A DNA stretch of 64,000 nucleotides. It comes from Macrostomum lignano. Lineage: Eukaryota. The stretch lies in NCBI GenBank assembly GCA_002269645.1, contig NIVC01000504.1, forward strand, positions 1-64,000, written 5' to 3'. The position numbers were made by a program, and so were the translations under genes. The notes under the pieces were generated by a model. The model did not search any database, was not told the DNA's origin, and saw only the letters and a program-made list of their open reading frames with translations. Every line of letters begins with the position of its first letter. Positions within the stretch are counted from its first letter, which is position 1. Of the stretch, positions 1-11,800 are shown piece after piece.

Positions 1-223
1 GCAGGCTGTCGACGAGTTACGAGCGTACTGCACTGCAATCTGCCGAGTTTTTTGGTCATCAGAGTGCGCTGATTATATTAGAACGTGGTAAGTTTCTCAC
101 GCATAACGACATCATCAGAAGACTTTCACTGTCTGGTTATTCGACAAACTGTATTCCACTGGGTGCTTTCCAACTGGCTTCCAGTCTGAACCTATCAACC
201 TTAACCTGATTGTTGATGGTTTG

Positions 224-281
224 AATTTCACTCTCTCTCTCTCTCGTCTCTCTCTCTCTCTTTCTCTCCCTTTCTCTCTCT
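224..281. repeat. (CT)n-rich insert flanked by an 18-bp direct repeat
   Basis: CTGATTGTTGATGGTTTG at 206-223 and 282-299 encloses a 58-bp mostly (CT)n tract. Confidence 0.75.
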
Positions 282-430
282 CTGATTGTTGATGGTTTGT
301 CTCATTTGTGTTTTCTTATAATACAATGTTCGTAAGTATACAAATTAATAATACTATAAACAAACACTTACATACTACCTGACGAAAATCAAACCCTTTG
401 AAATAAACTTCTGTTGATTTTTTCCCAAGC

Positions 431-1310
431 ATTCGAAAGTTGCGCGCGGACGCATCGATCTCCGAACCTCCGTCGCAGCCCCAGAAGGCAGTGGTGATGA
501 GAACGGAAGCGGCGCAACTGGCAACAATTCGAGCAGAACGCGGCCGGGGTGAAAGTGGCAGTGATCCGGCTCAGGCGAGGGCAACCAGGGCGATCCTCCA
601 TCTCCGATTGAACCGCCCCGATATGAAATCAGAACAGACAATCACCGACGCTTAGCAATTGTATTAACAATGTTAGATTTGGGTATGGCTCAGACGCATC
701 CACGAGAGGCGGAGCACAACTCGACGACACGAAGGTGGTTGATATTCTTCTTAAACTTGGCTTTCACAGTCCTCAGACAATGAAAAATGCCAGAAGGTTG
801 TCTATGCTGGTCTATCGCGGCTTGGAGATAGAAGCTTCAAGAGTGCGACGTGGTTTCTATTGCTTGTCATGTCTCACGGTTATCTAGGCCACATTGAATC
901 GTCAGATGTTTTTATCTTAAACCTTGAGATCGACCTCTTTAGAAGAATTTCGAAACTGGAAGGTCTCAAAAACAAACCTAAGCTGTTTTTTAGTACAATC
1001 GTGCAGGCAAGTTTCAGCCACACAGCAGCCGGAGGTTGCTGTTGAAATCGTAAGTCCGGAGGACTGCCTGTACTTTTACAGCAGCAGCGAGGGTGGCTTG
1101 TCTGAACGGCACTCGCAACTTGGTAGCCCGTTTGTCCAGTCCGTGGCTCAAAGTCTGTCTCGCTACCGATCGCGCAGAGCAGGGCTTCTAGACTTAACGG
1201 CCGAGAGTGATTGACGAAGTCCAAAAAACTAACAAATGGCCGCCAAATACCGTGCTTGATTTCTACGCTGATAAAGAAGTGTATCTGCGTCGGAATTAGA
1301 ACTAATGCAA
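431..1310 (+). pseudogene. Caspase-family (peptidase C14) gene remnant with about 5 single-base frameshifts
   Basis: Successive frames give ordered caspase motifs: RYEIRTDNHRRLAIV-/NNVRF (622-680), TRGGAQLDDTKVVDILLKLGF (to ~764), WFLLLVMSHG (catalytic His, ~851-880), KPKLF/LVQSCRQ (catalytic Cys, shift in a T6 run ~986-991), p10 EDCLYFYSSSEGGLSERHSQLGSPFVQSVAQSL, and EVQKLTNGRQIPCLISTLIKK. Start at the putative acceptor ttcccaag is uncertain, and upstream exons may lie at or before the window start. Confidence 0.8.
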
Positions 1311-1439
1311 CTCCATCGTTAACTGTACTTTTTGTCATTCACAAAACTTAACGTACGGATATAATTTATAGCCTGTGATTTTTTTGGCAAACAATTTATT
1401 CTTATCCAGGGGTCGGAAAAGTAATTAAATTGCTTTTCT

Positions 1440-1486
1440 ACTCCAACTCTTTCAATCTCTCTATCTCCTCTCTCTCATCTCACTCT

Positions 1487-1542
<56 letters not shown>

Positions 1543-1810
1543 TGGCCTGACGAAGAGCCCAGAGGCTCGAAACCGGTAGCCCACATCAAATTTTTATTAA
1601 ACACGCCTGACCTCTCTTTCTCTCTCTACCTCTCTCTCTCTCTCTCTGGGCCCTCTTGAGATTCTTCCTATTCTCTCCCCTCTGTGCTCTCTTCCGTCTC
1701 GATCATTTTCTCTTTCCTCTCTCTTCTGTCTGGTCTCCCTTCTTTCTCTCCCTTCCCCTCTCTTTCTTAGCTCTCGATCTGCTCTCTTCTCTCCCTTCTT
1801 TTCTCTCCTC
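1440..1810. repeat. (CT)n/pyrimidine microsatellite tracts surrounding a short non-repetitive insert
   Basis: CT-rich tracts at ~1440-1542 and ~1610-1810 are seen directly. Confidence 0.85.
1544..1581 (+). ncRNA. Minimal type I hammerhead ribozyme motif (Penelope-like element type)
   Basis: GGC-CTGACGA-A-GAGCC caga GGCTC-GAAA-CCGG-TA-GCC: core CUGANGA, 5-bp stem II, GAAA, palindromic stem III ACCGGT, GUA cleavage triplet, stem I GGC/GCC. Confidence 0.7.
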
Positions 1811-4500
1811 ATACTGTGTGTGTACAGTTAATTAGTGCTCCAGGAAGTGTATGTTTCTTAAGCTGTATATTCGTCAAGTCGGTTAGCATTGCTCAGTTGA
1901 TCAATCATTGATTTATAATGTATTTTTTATTGATTCACCTTAATGCACCGAATTTAGATTGTCGTCTTTTGTTTAGGATTTGATATATTCTTATGATGGC
2001 TATAATTTATCAAAATTGCGCAATATCATTACGTGTATAACCTCAGCAATTATATTATTATTCGCCCAACTAATCATTTAAAGTACTATAACTTGCAATA
2101 AAAATTTGCCCTCTGCATCTTAACTTGCGCACAATTGTTATGTACATGTACATGCATGTACCGTAGCTCGTAGACGCAATAGCGGTTGATTTTGTGACTA
2201 ATAACAAAACAATAAAGAATAATTTGCGAGCTACATGTTAAGCGAGTGATTCAATCGACAATTAGTATTTGCGTTTTCAATTTTGTTTTTGATGTAGATC
2301 AGCAAAATTAGAAAAACTCGCAATCAGTGTTTAATTACCCGGTGCCACTCGTTGAATTTCCACTGGAGTGAAGGCCCATATACTGCAGAATTCCAACTTA
2401 CATGTACATGTGAGAGCTGATTCAAACATCACAATTACTTTGACTTTACATGTAATTAACTTGCAAGTGATGGGTTTCGACCTTTCGGCCCCCTTGTGGG
2501 GAAGCCTTCGGGCCTCAAGTCTCAGAAATAAATCAATTAGAGTCCTGGCCCCCCACTCCTGTCAGATGGCCAGCCCCATGGTAGCTTGATCGTGTGGCGA
2601 GCAGTCTAGGTCCTATAGCTAAGAGAGGGACAGCGAGAGACAAGCAGGGAGAATTTTGAAGGTAGAAATTAGTTAATCCGCAGATTAGCTAACTCGCTGC
2701 CACCAGCCCGTGTGTCCTGGCTCACCACACCGGGACTCTCGAAATAGGGCTTCCGACTAGAAGGGGCTTTGCACTTACTTGCCAACTAGTGCCTTTTTGC
2801 TGTCAATCTCGAAGTCATAGCCGATGATAAGGGACACTGCTGGGACTAAATCGCATTGGCCATGCAGGTACAGAGGGGACTTGTGCAGGGGATTCTTGCA
2901 GTGGCGAGACTATGGGGTAGCTAACGCGCCAAACAGCCTCTCCTAGCGCTGATGATAGGCTAACTCGAACATCAGAGACCGCATGATTCAGCACCCGAGC
3001 CGCTTGGCTAACATAGAGTGCACAGAGTACATCTCTGGAGCCGATTCTGCACTATTGGCAATTTCGCTAACTGATTTGATAGATTGATCGACTGAGAACT
3101 GCCTTGCCATTGGTCCACTGTGACCGGCGCCTACTAGCTTAGCTATTCATCTGAGCCATCGGCGAACAAAGAAATAAAACCGATAAAAATAACTGTCAGA
3201 TTTAACCTTCTCCTCAGATCACTTCACACTTCAGATTGAATTAGAGTTTTAGACTACTAAAAGTATCATTGAATGACTTCTGCCTCAGCAACAGCACTAC
3301 TGAACAAAAAGAGCAAAAGTGTGCGCCTAATCCAGCTACTGAAACAGGGGACAGATAAGGAATCACCCAATCAAGCAAGTCTAGGCAGCTAGCCTCTCAC
3401 CCAACCAATCAGAAACTCAACAGCCGGAGACCAGGTAATCCACAGTGACCGAATCGGCTTAGTGCTTCGCAGCTGTAGACCCGGGATGGTGCTGATGTCA
3501 CGGTCTTCGCAGATAGCTAGCAGGTGATGCTCTTAACTAAATTTAATGTTCGCTGCTGATGACCGGGGGAACTCGTCCTTGATGATGATGGGGGAGGTCG
3601 CAATCCGGGGATCAAGAAACGACGGTCGCGCTCCGGGACGTCTCAATCTAGGCTATGTCCCAGGAGGAGTTGGTCCAAGCGGGCCAAAAACACCGGTTTA
3701 AATAGCCGCCAACTGGACCGCAGTTTGTTATAATGGAACACGTCAATTCTGATTGGCTGAGCCGATTTGTTAAAATGAGCGTCGAATTTTCTGATTGGCA
3801 ATGCTGGTTGCTACCCAGAATCACGTGACCGGGAGATCCTATCAGTTCCCTCGGGGTGGTAAAAACATGACAGGTGCGGCCATAAATCAATCAAAATCGC
3901 AGCAAAATTATTTATGACTTTTCGCGTAGAATTGACAAAAATTAATGAATAATGAAAAATTAATGAAATACATTAGAAAGCTCTTATTAAATAGAAAGTG
4001 AAGATAATGAAGAGAAATCACTAATCGCTAATCCCAAATTACTTTTAGGGGTAAAACGCATAGCTGTCAAAGCTGTCACACACTTGAGTGAACACGAACA
4101 ATAGGCTCTGACCTAATAAATCTTGATGGCCTGTCAAAATGATGAAAAAAAGCTACCGCCCGCATCCTCTCAGACCATCTGGCGCCCTCCTCAACACTGA
4201 GTGAGGCGCAGGTGGCTGTCAGACCAGCTTCGAAAGCGATGATTTATGACCCAAAAAGCTGCGCCTATGTTATTATGACTACTAGTATGACCAAGCATTA
4301 TATCTAGTATAGATTCTATGACAATTCGCAGAAAAAGCATAAAAATGCCCATTGCCCACTGTTAGTAGGCTAGTAAGTTTAGAGCCCATGTGCTATATGC
4401 GCGGGATTTGGAAAAAAGTGCGTCCTCATCACAAGCGTTCTAGGCAATTCGGATACAGCAGGCCGCGGGAGGCTTCGCCCATTTCGCTAACCCGGCCTGG

Positions 4501-5118
4501 CGGTCTGCGGTCATTTCGTCTGCCGCCTTTTCGTCTGCCAAAGAATTTTAGCAGACGAAACGACTTTTTTATTTATGTTTATTTAGGTTCACTTATTTAG
4601 TATTTTTATGTAGGGAATTAAAATAAATTAGTATAAGCAAGTTTTAAGTATGTTTTCTTATTTATATTGATACATTTTGTTTTTCTTCATTTTCTACGAA
4701 ACCTAACTAACCTATATTTTCGACGCATCGATGCGTGTGTGCCTACAATTTCGATTGCTCCTTACATTTTACACTTTGTGCATTTAAGCTAGTTGTATTC
4801 GTGAATAAATTGCATATGAGTTTACATACACGAAGAAAAAGAAAGTTGGAAGGAAACTAAACGGTTGGAGATATTTGCTTCTGGCTTTGTGTATTTATAT
4901 GCAACATATTAGCTCCGGAACTTTCAGAAAAATCCTAGCATTATAATAAATTACAATTAATAAGACATTTACATTACACTTCCATGCGAAGCTTGATGAC
5001 ATAATTAGTTATTCCGATTTATATGTTATATATATTGGCAGACGAAACGACTATATCGTATATTGGCAGACGAAAAGGCGGCAGACGAAAAGGCGGCAGA
5101 CGAAATGACCGTCAACCG
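4501..5118. mobile_element. MITE (non-autonomous DNA transposon) with internally repeated TIRs
   Basis: CGGTCATTTCGTCTGCCGCCTTTTCGTCTGCC from 4508 has its reverse complement ending at 5111. Flanking direct repeat GCCTGG (4495-4500/5119-5124) extends to CCGGCCTGG (9 bp). Confidence 0.8.
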
Positions 5119-5896
5119 GCCTGGCCCCCTGGGACCCCATTGGATCGGGACTGCAGGTCACGTACATGTACTGGGATTGGCGCAATGCACTTTCTCACGC
5201 GTTTCTACATACATGCTGATGTACATACTGCAAATCCCATAATGTACACATTGTACAGTAACACTGATGTACAGTGTAGTCAACTGCATTTATGGTCGAT
5301 CCTGTAGTCAACATACATGAGCATGTATGCTAATATACATGTGATGCAACTCCTCGAAATATACTCCAAGGTTGACAATTTTCAACGTGCTGATAATACA
5401 GTCTACGTGGCAGCTGCATTTGACGTTGATCTCAAATGTATAGAAGTTGCTTAAATTAAAAATAGGTAAAATATTTTGTGAAATTTTAGCTCAATAGAAA
5501 AAGTTGTACTAACTTTGTTTTATCTTTATCTCATTCTATGAAACAAAAATTTAAAACTGTAAAAGAATCGTCATCCAAGTTTGAAATTTCGAAATCATCA
5601 AGAAGTTGATTCATCAAGTGAAAATAACAGGACGACCGACAAACGTCTCGATTATAAAAGCTTGACTACATATTGAATTGAGGAACTTCAACACTGTTAC
5701 AGCTATGTGTGCATCTAGAAAATAATAGTCTGAAAACAGCATCTTCCTTTAATAATAAATTTAAAAAAGTTGATAGTATCATTGTTGTTGACTGTCAGCA
5801 ACTGACCCCTGGCCCTACCTTAACCTGTGCGCGACGTTCAGTACAATGTTACTGATGACTGTTCTTACAGAAGGTTTCGTTTGCATCAAAAGTCGT

Positions 5897-8800
5897 ATGC
5901 TAATGAAATTTTGTGTTTTAATAATCGTGTCTGCTATTTCTCTGCTTACTTTGTGCAGAGACTGCGAGTGTATTGATGTAAATAATCCGCTAGAATGTTT
6001 TAAATTGGTAAGCAAAAATGTCTGCTGTATTTTTTCTGTTTATTAAACTTAGACCTAATCACTTAATCTAGAACTTAATCATATTAGTGTATAGGCCTAA
6101 TGTATAATATTCGAAAGAAACTAGCATTAGCTATAACTTTGTTTATTTGCACTTAATATAAAGCTAAAGGATAGAATATTTATATATTACAATTAGGCAT
6201 ATAATTATATATTTTACTAGGCCTATATTGTTTTTACAATGCAAATTTTCATGTACTACTTTTACTAAGTCTTGTACCTCGATGGTATTTTATAGTTTTG
6301 TTACAAATTTAACTTTCAATAAAAATCATTGTCAAGAAGGTAATCATATATGTCAAAATAAATCCCCCTGGTTTTTTTCCTTATATGCTATGTTCCAAAA
6401 CAATTTTATTTTTTGTGTCCTATGCCAATACTTAAGGCTATTATAGGCCTATCTTAAAAATAAAGTTTAAAATAGTGTTTCACTATAGCTGTAGCTATGG
6501 CTATGGGATCCTACAGCAAATATGGTAAATAGATGCCTACAGCAGCTATAGATATGCCTATGATAACTAGTTGCTCTTATAGCCACAACTATAGAGTTGT
6601 AGTTATAGTTGTAGTTGTAGTACCCATAGTCCAGATCATGGCAGGCGTACGCCGGAGTGAAAATTCGTGTCTTTTCAATTTTACGCCGACGTAAAGTTCA
6701 AAATTTTTTTACGCCAAGTCAAACGTTGTTTATACGCCAACTTTTTAAAGAATTTGTATTTTAAAAAACTCAACAATTATCATTAACTTTAAAACGGCTG
6801 ATTTTTTCCAAAAACTGATATTCTTTGTTTTAATTTTTTTTCATAAATTTCGTTAATATTTTCTGTTTTGTTAACCGTTTATATTCAGAAGAGCTTTGGT
6901 TGATTGATATTTAACTACACGATTGCATCAGCCCTGAACTTTTCTATTTCTTGTATGCTGGTTGTTTACACTTTATGTTGAACCTAAATATTCTATACGC
7001 CAAATGTACGCCAAGATTGTCAGCGAGTGCAAAATTACGCCGGAAAATTCCGGCGTAAAGGCCACCTTCCGGACTATGGTGTAGTACTATAGTTGTCACA
7101 TTCCATAGATTCCTGTAGCTATAGTTATTAATTTAAAAAAAAATGGAAAAATACTAGAAACAGGTAGAGTAAAACAAAGATACTTTAATAAACTGTATTA
7201 TCAACTTAGAAATTTATAAAATATACCTTATAAAGTACAATAAAACAAGCAAACTCTAATTTTCATTAATGTGAAAAAAGTTTAGTATTAGTACTTTCAA
7301 TAGAGTAAATTTTGTCTGTGGAAAAGTAGCCCAATTTCTTGAAATCTTCATTTCATGCTTTGATTGTTGTCAGAGATGCTACATGACAACAAACAGCCAA
7401 TGTAATGCACAAAGTCCTATCAAGCCGACAACTGATTGCCTGCGTTGTCACAGCAGGAGCAGCAGGAAAATCTGCAACAAGCTTTTGTTGCATTTCTTTG
7501 AAGGTCACAGTCGGCTTCTCTTCCACATACCTTGTCAACACCCCAAGCATCTCTTTAGAAAACTTTGGTCTCACTACACCGCCACATGCATTAAGATTGA
7601 TCCTACCCTCATCAACATATTTCCTGATGATATCACTGGCAGTTGTCCTCTTGATATCCAGTTCAATTGCAAGTTGTCTTTAGTCTCATCCTTGTTGAAA
7701 ACATCGCACGAGTCTAGAGCAATGCACAGATGAAATTCTCATGTAGGGCATCTCTGACAACAATCAAAGCATGAAATGAAGATTTCAAGAAATTGGGCTA
7801 CTTTTCCACAGAAGAAATTCATTCACTTTCTTACTTAAATTTACCATAGACATTTTCTTTTCTTACCATGGACAAAGCAAACACTTTTTCTGATCAGGCT
7901 GTATTTGCACTGACTAATTTCACTTGCTTAAACAAATTCAAAGTCACTTTCTAAAAATTTACCATAGACACTCATTCTCTTCCCCTTGAGCGCTATATAG
8001 TTTTGCATATGCTGATGAATTTGAACTCATTTTTGACAAATCCAAAGTTTAAAAGGTATATTAAAAGTTATTGTATTTAAAGCAACAAAACTTCTAAAAA
8101 TGCAAGGAATTGTATTTTAAAGAAATCAATAAAATTCCTATAATTATTGTTGATTAATATATTTATCTAACTATCCAATTAAGTACCAAATGTACCAAGT
8201 TTGCTCAAGAGATTTCCAATTTGTACTAAAAATTTTGTGAAATTTATTGCTTTCTTAACTATTGATTAAAACTTAATTAATAAAGGTTTTTACATTTTGT
8301 GGGTGTTATACTAATTTTATAGTTTTATAATACCTAAAAATACTTATAAAACTATATATGTATAAGTATGCTATAGGTAAACTAGGTAACATAGGCAATA
8401 TGGTAACTAGGAATTCATAAGTCCCCAATATTGTAGATTCAAGCAACAGAGATATTTGATAGTTGTGTTGATAGTTTTATTGATATGATTTTCATATGAT
8501 TTTTAATGCCACATGCATGTGTACTTGCATTAATAGGTGTTAAGGTTAAGATAAATGTGGTCTTAGCAATTTTTATGCAATAAATAAATGTTAATGGGTG
8601 AGAGCTTAAACTGCTGCTATAATTCTTTATTTTCTTACTGTATGATACAGTGAAAGATAATTCCATAAGCTAGATTTTAGTGCCATTGGAGGCTAGATTT
8701 TAGTGCCATTAGAGGCTAGATTTTAGTGCCATTAGAGGCTAGATTTTAGTGCCATTAGAGGCTAGATTTTAGTGCCGTTAGAGGCTAGATTTTAGCGCCG

Positions 8801-11800
8801 TTGGAAGCTAGATTTTAGCGCCGTTAGAGGCTAGATTTCAGCGCCATTGAAGGCTAGATTTCAGCGCCATTAGCGGCTAGATTTTAGCGCCGTTAGAGGC
8901 TAGATTTTAGCGCCGTTAGAGGCTAGATTTCAGCGCCATTGAAGGCTAGATTTCAGCGCCATTAGCGGCTAGATTTTAGCGCCGTTAGAGGCTAGATTTT
9001 AGTGCTGTTAGAGGCTAGATTTCAGCGCCATTGAAGGCTAGATTTCAGCGTCATTAGCGGCTAGATTTTAGCGCCGTTAGAGGCTAGATTTTAGCGCCGT
9101 TGGAGGCTAGATTTCAGCGCCATTGGAGGCTAGATTTTAGCTCCATTGAAGGCTAGATTTTAGCTCCATTGAAGAATAGACTTGAGCGCCATTGGAGGCT
9201 AGATTCTTGCGCCACTAAGGGCTAGATTTTAGCGCCAATAAAGGCTTTAGCGCAAATGAAGGCTAGATTTCAGCGCCATTGGAGGCTAGATTTTAGCGCC
9301 ATTGTAGGCTATGGCGATTGTTAAGAAATTTGATTAGGAGAGCTTTAATGGAAATCAAGATTTTAGCTGCATCGAACGCTAGATTTCAGCGCCATTGAAG
9401 GCTAGATTTCAGACCCATTGGAGGCTAGATATTAGTTTTTTAACTTATGTTCCCACTATCACCCTATATATTTACAATTGTAATGGAGATTATAACTTCC
9501 CGCAATTCCCCAATGCAGCTAAACGGCCCCGTGGACGATTGCGCATGCGAGCTGAAATCCGTAGCAGAATTCAACAATCGCATTCTCTATCCTCGCCTAC
9601 AAGCCCTATTAAAACGCAATTATTTTCGTTACGTTCGCGTCAATTTAAAAGCCAAATGTCCGTTTTGGGAGGCCAACTGGCTCTGCGCTATGCGACATTG
9701 TCACGTTGATGGCTGTCAGAATGACGAAGTACCGCCTGGGATGCGGGATGTCAAATCCATGTCTGATGATGCCGCTAACTGCCCCAGCTCCCAGTCAGCT
9801 GGCGACCAGGTGCCCGCTGGGTCAGACAGCAACCTGGGCGAGCTGGATGAGACTCTGTCGCCAACAAGTCAGGCAGCATTTGTCAAATGGTCAGATCACG
9901 ACGATTCTTTGTTGCAATTCTGCGAGTGGGATGACGATATCGGCAATTCTTCGCAGTACGTAGATCTGCTGCGCAATCCGGAGCGGTACACCGGTTACAG
10001 GGGCGAGGCTGCTCACAAAATCTGGCGCAGCATCTATGAGGAGAATTGTTTCAATGATCCGGCTAGCGCCCTGCTGCCCGGCGGAGCGCAGATGAGAACT
10101 GTTGGTTAGTTTATTGTAAATGGTGCTCTGATAACGCATTTGTTTGCTGCTGAACTTGTTTGCTCACCTGTGTGAGGCTTTTCAATTCTCTACTCTTTTC
10201 TCACCCTCCCCAACCCACTTTAAAGTATGCTAGCTTCCTCTGCTTTATCCTCCCCCGCTTTACCCTCTCCCCCGCTTTACCCTCTCCCCCGCTTTACCCT
10301 CTCCCCCGCTTTACCCTCTCCCCAGCTTTACCCTCTCCCCGCTTTACCCTCTCCCCCGCTTTACCCTCTCCCCGCTTTACCCTCTCCCCCCTTTACCCTC
10401 TCCCCCGCTTTACCATCTCCCCCGCTTTACCCTCCCCCCAGCTTTACCCCCTCCTCCGCTGTTATACTAATAGCCACTCCTTTTTTCTCTCCTCACTCCT
10501 TGTCCCCTTAACATTCTCTTGCCAGTTCTTCTTCCCTATTTTTTAATCAAATTCTCTTTCCAGATCCCAACCTCCCAGTCCCAGTTGTATCAATGTGTGT
10601 GTGTATTGATCCCTACAATTCGCGTGAACAAGCACCACCTATGCAATAATTTATGAGTACGGCAGTTATTGCACTGCTCTGAATTTTCAACTAATATTTG
10701 ACTATTTTATGCTATTCCGGTTGCGCCGTGTTGTTGCAGGACTGGCTGGGGACGCCGACGGTAAATGCAGTTTGGATCGAAACCAAAATATGCGCATATT
10801 TTTATAATTACAACCCCCCTTACCCGAAACTATGAGCTACATTCCATTCGTGTTTTTAATAATTGTTTTCCAATAGTTTTGTTGCCGAGTTGTGTGTGAG
10901 TGTGTGTTTCGGTTAATTGATTTTTTGTCTTCTGGGGTTAACTGCTTTTCTAAGGAGTAGTAAGTTCCGAATCCTGAATTATTTCAAAAATTTTTTTGAA
11001 TATTTGTTTAATTCAATTTCAGTTAATCAGCTTTTGAGACCACTGAAAATGAGTAAGGAATTGAAGTTCAAATACTGTTTTAATATTTCAATTAATACAA
11101 AGCATTTATTTATATAAACGCTAACAGGTGTGCGACGCCATAAATAAAGTCTGCTATATAAATGCTTAGGAAAAAACTTGGATTGGGTTTTATTCTTAAT
11201 AATAATTATGAGTTAGAGTATGCAATATCTTCAAGTAAGTAAGAAATGCAATAGTACGCTTATAGTACCTTTGACAGCTGGTAATTATTAGCGGTGATTC
11301 TTATAAAAATTTAGAAACTCTTAGCAGTTTATTTGTTTCAATTTACAATCGCTGAAATTATTCTCAAATGATCGTTAGTCCTTAGTGATATTGCTGATCA
11401 CAAAAATGATTATTTTTACAAAATTAGTTCCGTCTTTGTTCAAGTACAGGTCGAAGCATGGTACAGGTTATTGAGTTTTCACTTCAGAGGATCTGATGGG
11501 AATCAGGGGTTCAGGGGTAGATGAGGGATACTAATGGGTAGATGAGGGAGATTCATTGGTAGATGAGGGATACTAATGGGTAGATGAGGGAGATTCATGG
11601 GTAGATAAAAGAGATTCATGGGTAGATGAGGGATACTAATGGGTAGATGAGGGAGATTCACGGGTAGATGAGGGAGATTCTTTGGTGGATGAGGGAGATT
11701 CATGGGGTAGATGAGGGGGATTCATGGAGTAGATAAGGGAGATTCATGGGTAGATGAGGGAGATTCTTTGGTGGATAAGGGAGATTCATGGGTAGATGAG

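Noticed and set aside
880-1338. 152-aa minus-strand ORF
   Set aside because: Antisense shadow of the caspase remnant with no recognisable motifs.
2470-2520. Minus-strand GGCC-GAAA-GGTC-GAAAC hairpin resembling half a hammerhead
   Set aside because: No CUGANGA upstream of the hairpin and no stem I/III pairing.
9447-9518. ERO1 start at the TTG or ATG of the 220-aa ORF
   Set aside because: It gives no signal peptide. An acceptor at 9518 and an upstream signal-peptide exon fit the family alignment better.
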